A stretch of 64,000 bases of DNA from a virus (IMGVR_UViG_3300028146_000010:8992-72991); one strand, 5' to 3'; numbered from the stretch's first letter, positions 29,254-38,790 are shown. Notes: a model not told the origin generated them from the sequence alone. Translations and numbers: made by a program.

Positions 29254-29672
29254 AGATTTCTCCACCAACATACAACACGACTCCAAACTTTACGCCAAGG
29301 AGGTGCAGGTAACGCAGTGGCAAGGCGATCAAAACTTGGTGGTGGCTTCCAACCGTCAGGCGTGATTATCCAAGCCGACGTTGCCTCGGGTGGTTTCGCT
29401 GGTATCCACGTGCCATTGCCAAGCATTATCGGTGGATCGTAATTAGCCGTCTTGATAAAGAGTTTCTGGCGCTCTTGAAATCGCATCCCCGGCGCGAAGT
29501 AGGCGCGATCATCGTCTGCCGTGTCAGGGTTTTCGCCCTTCATCCACGCCATCAGAAACTTGTAATTCTTGAGACAACGAGGACAGAACAACAAACCGCC
29601 CTCGTCTACTAGCGACTCATTCGGTTTGAGACAGGTTCGGCAAACGTCTTCGGTTGATGCTGGTTCACTCAT
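29250..29672 (-). CDS. hypothetical zinc-finger protein
   Basis: CRTC...CPRC, coupled. Confidence 0.45.
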   Translation of the reverse strand: MSEPASTEDVCRTCLKPNESLVDEGGLLFCPRCLKNYKFLMAWMKGENPDTADDDRAYFAPGMRFQERQKLFIKTANYDPPIMLGNGTWIPAKPPEATSAWIITPDGWKPPPSFDRLATALPAPPWRKVWSRVVCWWRNL

Positions 29673-29919
29673 GGCTTAACCTTTGCTTTGGCGTTACAGT
29701 CAGGGCAATGCTGATTCCTTGCGTCCCGGTGGAACTGACAGCCGCCCTTTACCTCGCCGGAACAGTAACACCCACAAGGGCCGCGATTCCCGTACTGCTT
29801 GGTCACAGTGGCGCGACAAGTTCCATTAGTGTCGAGATTCAAGTCGTGCTCGCAGTCAGGGCAGACGGCGACGGGCTCGTTGGGCCACTCTCGATTCTCC
29901 ACAGCGTTCTGGTTAGCTG

Positions 29920-30102
29920 TTACCACGGCCAATGCCTCCATGCAAGCCTTATTCCGACACAGTACATAGCCGGAAACCAACCAAAGAACCAGACCAGCAA
30001 CGACGGCCAATACCATCGGGTTAAAACTGTGTATTTCAGCAGAATCGGCATTGGCGCTACCGCTACAATTGCCGTGGTTAGAACAGTCAGTATGAACATC
30101 AC
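29920..30102 (-). CDS. small membrane protein
   Basis: two hydrophobic segments; preceded by TTGCAA-N17-TAAGTT. Confidence 0.45.
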   Translation of the reverse strand: MMFILTVLTTAIVAVAPMPILLKYTVLTRWYWPSLLVWFFGWFPAMYCVGIRLAWRHWPW

Positions 30103-30152
30103 GAATTAACTTATCATAGAATTTGTGAAATTGCAAGGGTAGGGATGGCAGG

Positions 30153-30551
30153 TTATTTCTTGGCCGACCGTGACGTTATATTCACCGTCGCGCTGGTCTT
30201 CCCGTTGCGCCTCTCAACCTTGATCGTCCCCTGCAACGGCTTCTGTGGCGGGTTGGACTTCCATAACAGGGGCGTGATGTCGGTTGATTCGCTAGCCAGC
30301 AACTTCTTGGGTGGCTTCCGGTCGCGTTCAGGAATGTTTGCCGACCTGTCCATATGATCACGCATGACTTCCTGCGAGGCATCCATTCGTCGCTGAAGGT
30401 CGGCCACGTCGGCCAGCCCTTTACCAAACACCCCTCCCGCGCTCAGGATATGTCGCAGCGCCTTGTTGTAGGAGCCGTGAACCTCACGGGCGGCATTGAA
30501 AGCCTTCCACGTTTCCTCGTCCAGTACGATGCCTTTGGAGATGTATTTCAA
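30153..30551 (-). CDS. putative ribbon-helix-helix-like regulator (HGSxNKALR motif)
   Basis: N-terminus YISKGIVLDEETWKAFNAAREVHGSYNKALRHIL; paralogous to 32982..33149. Confidence 0.5.
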   Translation of the reverse strand: MKYISKGIVLDEETWKAFNAAREVHGSYNKALRHILSAGGVFGKGLADVADLQRRMDASQEVMRDHMDRSANIPERDRKPPKKLLASESTDITPLLWKSNPPQKPLQGTIKVERRNGKTSATVNITSRSAKK

Positions 30552-30736
30552 AGTTCCCTCTCTAGTCGTACAACCAACATGATTGCGGCAGATGCTATAA
30601 CGAGCAGCAGCCAGAACGCTAACATCTCTCGACCAGTCGGATTGGCAACGCGACTTCCAAAATTCAGAGCCACGCCCGCCATGAATATCGCTAGCGTAAC
30701 AAGTACGGTTTGAAGTAGAAATTTCATTGGATACAT
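30548..30736 (-). CDS. small two-TM membrane protein
   Basis: two hydrophobic helices, coupled. Confidence 0.5.
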   Translation of the reverse strand: MYPMKFLLQTVLVTLAIFMAGVALNFGSRVANPTGREMLAFWLLLVIASAAIMLVVRLEREL

Positions 30737-31551
30737 CTCACGGGAACGTCGTAGATGAGGCCGAGTTCCTCAAGCGACGAATCGAATAACCAGAGTTCGG
30801 CAGGGTAGGCTTTCTCGGCGCGATAACCATTCTCCGTTTCCACTACGCGGCCCCAGAGGGAGACTTGGCCGAGGACTTTAATTTCGCCGTAGGACGTTCC
30901 AATGGCAGCAACCAAGCCGTCCAATTCCTTGAACGCCCAAACGCCGCATTGACATTCCATCGCGGGCGCGGGGTGAGCAGCGGAGCGAGAGTCACACTTG
31001 GCATTCACCTGAGCTTTTGGTTCCCATATGTGCTCAGTGCCAAGCGCCTTGAGCCGATAGCCGCCATTGTTGACCACGCGCCACGCTCGCCATGCGGTGA
31101 TAACTTCCATCAAGTCGGGCATTCGCTCGGCAACTTTGTAGGGTTCCGCTTTCTTAAGAGATTCAAGTTTAGCGGCATCCACGGCGGGCGTCTTCACGAT
31201 AGGCTCGCCCCATACATTTGCAACCCATGAGGGCATCGTAGGCGGCACCGCAGGAGCAGCGAACCAGTTAGACGATAACTGACGGTTTCTCAGTTCGTAC
31301 ATTTCCCGCTCGTATCGCTCCCGTTCGTACCGTTCACGCTCTTCTCGCTGTCGCTGCTCTTGCATGAACAGCAACGCCTCCCTGAACTCTTGCTCCTGAT
31401 TCGCCGTCTTTGGATTTGCCATCACATTGTCCCTGTAATCCGGGAAGGCTATCTTAGCCAACCCACGCTTCATCGACGCCTGATCGCGTTCGCGCATCTC
31501 ACGCACTTTCACCATTTCAGGTGTCTCAAATCGTTGCCGCTTCGCCATCAC
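30724..31551 (-). CDS. phage protein with conserved AWRAW...C..HxAP..CxCGVWA...GxVxLWGRVVExExGYRA domain
   Basis: C-terminal domain of unknown function; charged N-terminus with RERYE repeats. Confidence 0.7.
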   Translation of the reverse strand: MMAKRQRFETPEMVKVREMRERDQASMKRGLAKIAFPDYRDNVMANPKTANQEQEFREALLFMQEQRQREERERYERERYEREMYELRNRQLSSNWFAAPAVPPTMPSWVANVWGEPIVKTPAVDAAKLESLKKAEPYKVAERMPDLMEVITAWRAWRVVNNGGYRLKALGTEHIWEPKAQVNAKCDSRSAAHPAPAMECQCGVWAFKELDGLVAAIGTSYGEIKVLGQVSLWGRVVETENGYRAEKAYPAELWLFDSSLEELGLIYDVPVRCIQ

Positions 31552-31685
31552 ACCTCCACAGGCTCCTCAATGGTATTCGGCCACTCCATCGGCTTCTCCG
31601 CTGGCTGCTCGCTTGGTTGTCGCAACGGCTCCGGTAGCTCCAGAGGCTCACAAATAATTACCTTGACAGGTTTACCGATTTCCAT
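31548..31685 (-). CDS. 45-aa acidic Pro/Glu-rich peptide (MEIGKPVKVIICEP...), not in the ORF track
   Basis: RBS GGAGG, own promoter, stop overlaps the start of 30724..31551. Confidence 0.65.
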   Translation of the reverse strand: MEIGKPVKVIICEPLELPEPLRQPSEQPAEKPMEWPNTIEEPVEV

Positions 31686-32013
31686 GTTCTTTGTCCTCCA
31701 CCCTCATCCTACACCATGCACCCTGCATTGTGTCAAGGACTTTCCTGGATTATTTTGGGTGGTTCGTTGGTGAGGCATTATTCGCACGGTACCTATCTGC
31801 TATGCCCCCGCCGTCAATCGCGGGTCTACCCGGTCGCTGTGACGGCTGCGACGCCCCCCCCTACTCACAATTATTTATGGTGGTGATGCGCTCCAATAAG
31901 GACCGTCCCCCGCGCTTTAGTGGGCACCTGTAAAGCACCTACGCCAGCGCGAAAGGGCACGCCACCTGCCTCACCGGGCAGGTATCTAGCAATGAGGGCG
32001 GGGAGAGGGGTCA

Positions 32014-32400
32014 CTATTCACGCGGCAGACCAAACAACGGGGCCATCTGTGCCACCGTCATGCGCTTCTTATAGATAGGTAGGATGCGTTGGTCAGCCTG
32101 TGCGGTCAGTTGAGCCAGCGCCAGCCACACATACGCTGCTGGCTCACGCTTGCCACACTCCCAGTCGCTCACCGTCTGCTTGCGTCTCAGGCCCAGTGCA
32201 AGGGCGAGTTGGCGTTGAGAGAGGTTGAGGGCGAGGCGGGCGGACTTGACGCGAGTTGCTGATGTCGTATCAAGCTCGCACTTGCAACTACACAGAGCGC
32301 GTTGATTGCTATCTGGCTGATTAGCAACGTAAGGTCTACCATGCAGACACCATCCGTTAGCGTCAACGCCATCGGCATGGTTGCATTTTACGCAACTCAT
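32014..32400 (-). CDS. XRE-family HTH regulator with Cys-rich N-terminus
   Basis: VKSARLALNLSQRQLALALGLRRKQTVSDWECGKREP. Confidence 0.8.
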   Translation of the reverse strand: MSCVKCNHADGVDANGWCLHGRPYVANQPDSNQRALCSCKCELDTTSATRVKSARLALNLSQRQLALALGLRRKQTVSDWECGKREPAAYVWLALAQLTAQADQRILPIYKKRMTVAQMAPLFGLPRE

Positions 32401-32865
32401 TGGCTCTTTCCTCGCTTCGGAATTGAGAGGACTACGGTTACTTTAGTGCCTGCTTTTAACCCGGCGACGCGACCATCCGGCACGATATCCACGCTAACTC
32501 GCCAAATCTTAAGCTCGCCGCTATGCTGATCGTAAATCGGCTCAACGTACCGCTCAAACGTCAACGGAAGTTTATGCTTACGGTTATATCCCATACTCCC
32601 GAACGAGCGAACTAATCCGAGACTCTTGTGTTCCCGGCTGAAATGCTAACGGATGCTCGATTTCAACCAGCCAGCGGTCAATTAAGTCTCGCTGCGCCTT
32701 GTTCATGCGAAAGTAAGCATCGGAAACAAACCGACCATTCTCGTACTTGGCGAGATAGAGACAGTCTGCCAGCACTTGCGGCATGGTTGACCGCGCAACG
32801 TAGTCATCGGTGTAAATCTCTTCAATTGGCCGTAAGTCTGTACACATAGCTTCGTGCCCTTCCAT
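32397..32865 (-). CDS. two small hypothetical genes (32584-32865, 32397-32594)
   Basis: coupled; upstream promoter TTGACA-N18-TAGGAT near 32893-32922 on the minus strand. Confidence 0.5.
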
Positions 32866-32959
32866 TGGCTGCGAATTGGTTAAATCTCACCCATCCTACA
32901 CCCGTACCGCAGAGCGTGTCAATGGCAGGATTCTGCCTATTACGCTTGACAACCAATTA

Positions 32960-33164
32960 CCTCTACCTATATCGTAGACCTATGGCTAAACCTAAAGCTA
33001 AACCGCAACCTACACCTAGCCCTACACCTAAATACCAATCCTATACCTACAGCCTACACGTAGAGGTCGCGGCCAAGCTCGCCGCACTCGCACGGCAACA
33101 CGGCAGTGTCAACAAGGCTCTGAGGGTTGTCCTAAAGGTAAAGGGTTAGGTAGAGGGCTAGGTA
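32960..33164. repeat. array of CCTAnn hexamers with inverted TAGG copies (candidate pac or operator region)
   Basis: about 11 CCTA copies, partly at 6-nt spacing; inverted copies at 33147-33163; directly 3' of terS. Confidence 0.6.
32982..33149 (+). CDS. 55-aa putative RHH-like regulator (HGSxNKALR motif), leaderless
   Basis: TTGACA-N18-TATCGT-6nt-ATG; YQSYTYSLHVEVAAKLAALARQHGSVNKALRVVL. Confidence 0.55.
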   Translation: MAKPKAKPQPTPSPTPKYQSYTYSLHVEVAAKLAALARQHGSVNKALRVVLKVKG

Positions 33165-33728
33165 CTACTGATTCCCACCATCAATCGGCGCGGCCTCAGG
33201 GTGGGTGAGACTATCCCGTATACTTTGCTGGAATTGCTCCGGCCAAGCAGCGATGTCGGCGTATGCGGGTATCTTGCTGAGCGCTGGGTAGAGTTGCACT
33301 GCGGTTTGTGATTCGGTGAGGTTGTCGGCAATAGATGCGTCTTGGATTAGTTTCACCAATGATTGAGCTGTAGCATCGCGTTCGGTGGTGTCGGTAGACT
33401 CTACCCGATCCACAAACAGTTTGTTGGCTTTTCCTGAGAGTTCTAACGCTTTTAACTTTCCTGCTTCGCTTACTTTCTCACAGGGAGCGCGAGCCATTGT
33501 GGACAGCTCTTCGAGTATTTCATCGGCTGAGATTTTTGCGGACATAACGTGCTTCTCGATTAAACGGATACAATTAACATTAGATAACAGCCTGTGAGCG
33601 ATAACATTCGCGCTCTTGCGTTTATCTGTCCAGCCTAAGTTTAGAACCGCCTGAGTGCCGTTAAAGCCCACAGAAACGTATTCTGGGGCGAACTGGCGAT
33701 AACGCTTTGATGCTGGTCGGCCATTCAT
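33165..33728 (-). CDS. terS: terminase small subunit (Terminase_2-like)
   Basis: RQFAPEYVSVGFNGTQA...AHRLLSN HTH, ISADEILEELSTMAR, KLKALELSGK...LFVDRVE. Confidence 0.85.
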   Translation of the reverse strand: MNGRPASKRYRQFAPEYVSVGFNGTQAVLNLGWTDKRKSANVIAHRLLSNVNCIRLIEKHVMSAKISADEILEELSTMARAPCEKVSEAGKLKALELSGKANKLFVDRVESTDTTERDATAQSLVKLIQDASIADNLTESQTAVQLYPALSKIPAYADIAAWPEQFQQSIRDSLTHPEAAPIDGGNQ

Positions 33729-33737
33729 TCACGCCAT

Positions 33738-33769
33738 AACTTAGCACTGAATCGCTGAAATTGGAATAG
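33738..33769 (-). promoter_or_regulatory. putative terS (late) promoter
   Basis: TTCCAA-N17-TAAGTT with extended TG. Confidence 0.5.
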
Positions 33770-33831
33770 TAGCAATTCCCTGCCAGTGAAAATAGGCAGT
33801 TTTCTGCTATACAGAAATACAGGATCATGCC

Positions 33832-33866
33832 TTGCAAATGTCTAGACACGTGTCTATACTCTGCTC
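33832..33866 (+). promoter_or_regulatory. sigma70-type leaderless promoter with a 14-bp palindromic operator
   Basis: TTGCAA-N17-TATACT-6nt-ATG; perfect palindrome TAGACACGTGTCTA at 33843-33856. Confidence 0.7.
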
Positions 33867-34406
33867 ATGTTTGACCAGATGCTTAAAGCGGCGCGACTTA
33901 ACTTAGGACTATCGCAAGAGGAATTGGCGCATAAGCTAAAAGTGAGCGCGCGAACTGTTTCCAGATGGGAATGTGGAGATGTGAAACCGTCAGCCCCGGC
34001 TATCGCGATATTCGCGGTTTATCTCAATCGAGCGCCGCAAGGTTACATGGTAGCGTTTCCAGCTTCGATTGCTCGTGAGTATAAGCGATTAAGCATAAAA
34101 GCTGGCGGAAAGATTAACAATGATGTCAAGCACGAACGATTGCCGCGTCCGAATACTTTAGGTTGTAGCGATTGTAGCAACACAGCGCGAATTTACGATC
34201 ATCGAGACTATTTGGCACCGTTAGACATAGAACCTGTTTGTGACGGCTGCAATTCACATCGAGGCATGGCAATTAATACTCTTCTCGCGCATGAAGATTA
34301 TTGGCAGTCGTTTGATTGGAATGAGCCACCAGCGCAAGAGCGGCATCCGCAATGGAAAGGTCAGACAGATGCGGTGAGGAACTATCGGAAGGATGGCAGT
34401 AAGTAA
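33867..34406 (+). CDS. XRE HTH regulator fused to an HNH-like domain
   Basis: LKAARLNLGLSQEELAHKLKVSARTVSRWECG plus CSDC...YDHRDYLAPLDIEPVCDGCNSHR. Confidence 0.8.
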   Translation: MFDQMLKAARLNLGLSQEELAHKLKVSARTVSRWECGDVKPSAPAIAIFAVYLNRAPQGYMVAFPASIAREYKRLSIKAGGKINNDVKHERLPRPNTLGCSDCSNTARIYDHRDYLAPLDIEPVCDGCNSHRGMAINTLLAHEDYWQSFDWNEPPAQERHPQWKGQTDAVRNYRKDGSK

Positions 34407-34444
34407 CTGCCTTGTTAGTCAAGTCACTGGTCTGGAGGGCAATA

Positions 34445-36122
34445 ATGGAAACACCAATTAGCGAAACGCTTGAAGCAATGATTGACAAGCACGGCTTGTT
34501 ACACGTGCTCACGGCTTTAGAGCTAATCTGTGGCGAGAAGGCTGAACATATCAAAGTCAACTGGCAAGACAAGGTTACTGCAAAGCCGTGGGAAAGAGCA
34601 TCGAATGCGCTTTATACGGCGGTCAGGAAAATTGACGATTTAGGGGTATAGCAATCACGTCTTATTCCGGTTATCAACGGCCAGATGGGAGAGGGAGAGA
34701 CGATGGCGAAACTTACCAAACGAATGCAATCTGACCTCGCTGGTAAAGAGGCAGGGATACATCAAGCGCGGCGCGCTTACGAACTGGCGCAAACTGGATT
34801 AGACATTGACGATCCTGATTATTACCGAAAACTTCACAACAAGGAAGGATTGATTATGGCAGGGCAGCAAACATCATATGAGCGCGGTTTTTATGACGGG
34901 TCGCGCGGCCTTACCGCTGCGTATTATCCCCAGCAAGAGGGAAATCCTCATGACGAATACCAACGTGGATTCCGAGAGGGTTCCCGCGAACGTAACAAGT
35001 TGAATAGCCGCCCGATTAATACAGCACTCAAACCTTCGTTTGAAATTGGCTGTGCCGCTCACGGCTTTAAGTTCCGCGAAGGTTGTGACGCTTGCGGCGC
35101 TGAATACCTTGACAGCCAGCTTGGCGAGTTTTGACCAAAAGGCTATTCAGACGATGACGCGTAACCATCCACCATCCACGGCTACGAAACGGCAGGGAGA
35201 GAAATCAATCATGGAATTACCAAGTTGGATGTATACACAGATTATCACTGATTCAAGTGTCAAGGCCGTGTGGTGCTTTTGCGGTGCACCGGCGCTTAGT
35301 TACTGCAATGGATCGCAATTCGTCTGCGATGGTGGCGGCCACTTTGGAATGCCAATGGTGACGCTCAAGCCGCGACCGGGAGCGCAGAGATTCGTGGAGG
35401 CTGCGTGTGCGTCGGCTTTGGCTAAGGCGCGTGGCGACTCGCTGAGAAAGAAACCAAGACGGCGACGGGTGCGACCATGATCGAAGCTGCCATGTTCACG
35501 ATATTTCTCTACAACGTGGCGGTGAGGTTGAGGCGGTATCATGGGGAGCTATTTCAATCGAGGTAACTATGACCAAGTACAGCAAACCCAAGTGTCCCAA
35601 GTGCGGTGAGGAGCAAACTTTACGTCACCGTCTCTATTCAATCTGGCATGAGTGCAAAAAGTGTCGGCATTCATTTCAGGCTAATTGCTCGCCGCATAAG
35701 CATGGCGGTTGGCTGAGGTAGGCGGCATAAGGAAGGGGGCGACAGCCATGAGTAACGATTTAGACCGTGAATCACGTACCGAGTTAATGGCGGACGTGGA
35801 CGTGGCGATGGAGTTGACTGGCGGACATGACAGCGACATCTGTACGCAAGGGACAGACGGTCGGCCATGCTGGATGTGTGAATGGGCCAATAGTGCGGAA
35901 CGACGGCAAGCGCTGAAACAGTTAGCCGAGGCGGGTGTGTTCAGTGCGCGACCTTCCACTATGTCCATCCACGACCTTGCGGCGATCCGTCGCGCTATCC
36001 TGACGGTGATTGATCGTGGAGCGTGCGTGATGAACAGAGACGACACCGACATGCTCGCCGCTGCACTGGCCTGTGGGTTGTTTGTGGCCGTGGCTGCGCT
36101 GGTGTGGTGGCTGGCGGGATGA
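34445..36122 (+). CDS. run of small early hypothetical genes, several with zinc ribbons
   Basis: ORFs from about 34445, 34702, 35210, 35569 and 35748 with RBSs such as GGAGGG and GGGAGA. Confidence 0.5.
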
Positions 36123-36208
36123 TAATCGCGCTTGACACTGCCTGCTAAGTAGCCCTACAATAGGCGTCTAAACGCGTCCTAACGCGTACAAGACGGGAGG
36201 GTTCACCA

Positions 36209-36364
36209 TTGCCACGCAAGCGGGTAGAGTTGAAACAACGGGAGTGCAAGAATAAGGGATGCTCGGAGCGGTTCAAGCCGACGCGTCCACATCAGGAGTA
36301 TTGCTGTACGTCATGCCGGAGAGAGGCATGGTTTGAGCGAACTTACGTTAAGCGGAAAAGGTGA
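36209..36364 (+). CDS. 51-aa zinc-finger protein (C-x4-C...F...YCCxxCR), not in the ORF track
   Basis: promoter TTGACA-N18-TACAAT near 36132-36161, RBS GGGAGG, TTG start. Confidence 0.6.
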   Translation: MPRKRVELKQRECKNKGCSERFKPTRPHQEYCCTSCRREAWFERTYVKRKR

Positions 36365-36370
36365 CAAGTC

Positions 36371-36928
36371 ATGACAAAGCCAAGATTCGATGTGGGTGAT
36401 ACGGTTTGGTACGTGCAAAGTGGCACTAATCAGCGGTACGTCACGTGTCCTGATTGTCTGGGCCAGCGCGTTCTAACTGTAATACTCGGTGACGATTCGC
36501 AAGTGTCGGTTAGTTGTACGTGCTGTGAGCGCGGGTATTTAGGATCGCAAGGACAAGTGTTGGCTTACGATTGGCACTGTGAGGTGTTGAACGGCCCGAT
36601 TGTAGGCATGGATGTTGACCATGAGAGCGTGAAATATAAAGTTCAGGTTTGGCACGTGGAAGGTTCATATACCATCCATCCCGATGCTGTTTATGCTTCC
36701 GAGGAAGACGCAAGGGAAGCAGCGGTCAAGGTGCTCGCTGATCATAAGGCCGACGAAGCTCACCGTTTCGCTAACGTGAAAGACCAAAAAGGCCGTCATC
36801 GCTCATGGGCATGGAACGCAACCTATCATCGCAATTGCGCAAGACGAGCGGAAAAAGAACTTGAATACCATCGGGGCCGTCTGGCCGTTGCGAAGACAAA
36901 GGCAAAGTTGCCGGAGGTTGCGCCATGA
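36371..36928 (+). CDS. hypothetical phage protein (KFDVGDTVW, CPDCxG)
   Basis: 185 aa, RBS AAGGTG. Confidence 0.6.
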   Translation: MTKPRFDVGDTVWYVQSGTNQRYVTCPDCLGQRVLTVILGDDSQVSVSCTCCERGYLGSQGQVLAYDWHCEVLNGPIVGMDVDHESVKYKVQVWHVEGSYTIHPDAVYASEEDAREAAVKVLADHKADEAHRFANVKDQKGRHRSWAWNATYHRNCARRAEKELEYHRGRLAVAKTKAKLPEVAP

Positions 36929-37632
36929 CCAAACCATCACCCCTGCGGCTGGCGGTCACACGGTACGAGCTAACCGACCCGGAAGCCGTGCTGCTTGACG
37001 GTCAAGTACGCGACACCGTGCAATCTTTGATAGACGCTGCAAAGGCCAGACTATCAGCGATTGGCCTCTATAGCGATTTGTCCGAACGTGAGGCCGGGTT
37101 CGTTGCAGATGTAACAACCGAAGCGCATACCCAGAAAATCCTTGCTCATGGTTGCGAATATATCCGTAGATGCCCGGTTTGCGAAAAGGACGCTGGTTAT
37201 CACATTCGCACTCGTTCATCCCGCAACGGTCGCAAAGGGCAACCAGATTTTTCCAAGCCAAAGCTATTTCCTGCGCTTGAGTTTCATCAGAGCTTTATAA
37301 CTATCAAGAATCGCGTTGCGCTTGGCTGTTGTCAGGATTGCTTTGCTCGCGTAAAGCCGTATCTGGCTGACGCGCTAAAAGACGTTAAGGCTCAAATTCC
37401 CTCGAACGTCACAGGGCATAAACCCACCTATCTGCGCATGACTTGCACAAAGTGTTCATGGATCGGGCTGGAAAGTGAAATGGGAAAACTGCCAGCCATA
37501 ATGGGAAACGGTTACTATCCCGGCAAGTGCCCTTCGTGCGGTGCCGAGAACCAGTTATTCTCAAGAAACATCGAAGCAGTTAGCCCAGTTGAATACGCAG
37601 TTGTACCAAACAAGGAAGGACGAGACTGGTAA
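36925..37632 (+). CDS. hypothetical multi-CxxC protein
   Basis: 235 aa, four CxxC pairs, coupled. Confidence 0.6.
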   Translation: MTKPSPLRLAVTRYELTDPEAVLLDGQVRDTVQSLIDAAKARLSAIGLYSDLSEREAGFVADVTTEAHTQKILAHGCEYIRRCPVCEKDAGYHIRTRSSRNGRKGQPDFSKPKLFPALEFHQSFITIKNRVALGCCQDCFARVKPYLADALKDVKAQIPSNVTGHKPTYLRMTCTKCSWIGLESEMGKLPAIMGNGYYPGKCPSCGAENQLFSRNIEAVSPVEYAVVPNKEGRDW

Positions 37633-38516
37633 TGTCTAAACCTACTAACAGACTGCGGCTGGCCGACAGCGACGACCCGACGACTCCAGCGGATATTGAA
37701 CTAGCCCGAATAGCCCAAAGTCACCGGGAATGGTGCGGGCCGAATGGTCTGGGTTGGAAACCTTATGTCGGGCCAACGGGGAAGTCAGCCAATGACGTTG
37801 ATGAGATTGTGGCGCGACAGTACAGGGTGGTGGCTGACCGTCCGGTGCCGTGGGTGCGCAGAGCGTTGAGGAGGATTGTCAGATGGATCAGATAACTAAG
37901 CCAGAAGTAAACCCTAATGCAGTATGGGATAAATCTCGATGTGACGAGCTGCAAATGCTTGAACGCCTTGTCTATGAAACGTCCATGATTAACAACGGAG
38001 GCCGCTGCTTGGAACGCATTGCCGAGTGTATCAGCATGGCGCAATCGCTTAGTTACACGGAACTCAATTCACCTATGCGGGTCAGTTTTCTGCAATTCCT
38101 AAGCAACCTTGCCATCAAAGACAGATTTTGGAGACCAACCATGACTACCCACTGGCGCAGCAATCTCACCGACTGGTACGACATCAGCGAGAGTGAACGG
38201 GATGAGCGGTGTGATGACCCCTGCCTGCCTGAACCGTGGGAACTGGAGGATGATGGCGATGATGAAACCGACGACTAGCTTCAGAGCCTCACGGCTGACA
38301 GGTGACGTGAAGGTTTGCGTCATGCGGTTATCAAGCGAGGAGTACGCGGACGTTGCCTTTGCCGACGACGGCGCACCGCTGGCTGCACAGTTTCCCGACT
38401 ACATCTATGTTCTCGGAATCAACGACATGGACAAGATATTGGAGATTGCGCCCGTACCGACCGCTGGCATGTTGGAGTTGTTTCCTGAGTTGGCAGATTG
38501 GGCGGTGATGCCATGA
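37632..38516 (+). CDS. several small hypothetical early genes
   Basis: coupled ORFs 37632-37895, ~37883-38278, ~38262-38516. Confidence 0.45.
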
Positions 38517-38659
38517 CGAATGCTGACCTCTACCGATTAGTCCGCAAATCTCCCTTCCGCCGCCTGCTGGATTGGCTGGTGGGATGGTGACGCGACATTA
38601 GTTAGTACACACGCGCGCGTAGACACAATTTGAAATTCGTGTTTAACAAGACTAAGTAG

Positions 38660-38790
38660 CTGATAGATAGATAGATAACGATTGGACAGGGCTTGGACAA
38701 TGGACGGACAAACTTGGACAGTGTTTAACACCAAGACGGAAAAATGTCCAAGAATGTCCAAGCATTGTCTAACGCCTGTCCAACAGCTAA
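38660..38790. repeat. inverted iteron arrays, candidate replication origin
   Basis: TTGGACA x3 plus degenerate copies (38681-38720) facing TGTCCAA x3 plus TGTCTAA (38745-38783); GATA repeats upstream; abuts the 3' end of the helicase gene. Confidence 0.7.

Noticed and set aside
29924-30136. N-terminal part of ORF 29669..30136
   Set aside because: Its TTG start is the -35 box of a promoter; the region is better explained by 29920..30102 plus a shorter downstream gene
36200-36365. Apparent intergenic ncRNA
   Set aside because: Encodes a 51-aa zinc-finger protein with RBS and promoter
32960-38790. CRISPR array or DGR/retron from the short repeats
   Set aside because: Repeats are 4-7 nt without spacers; no reverse transcriptase or cas operon; the Cas4-like gene is in a recombination context
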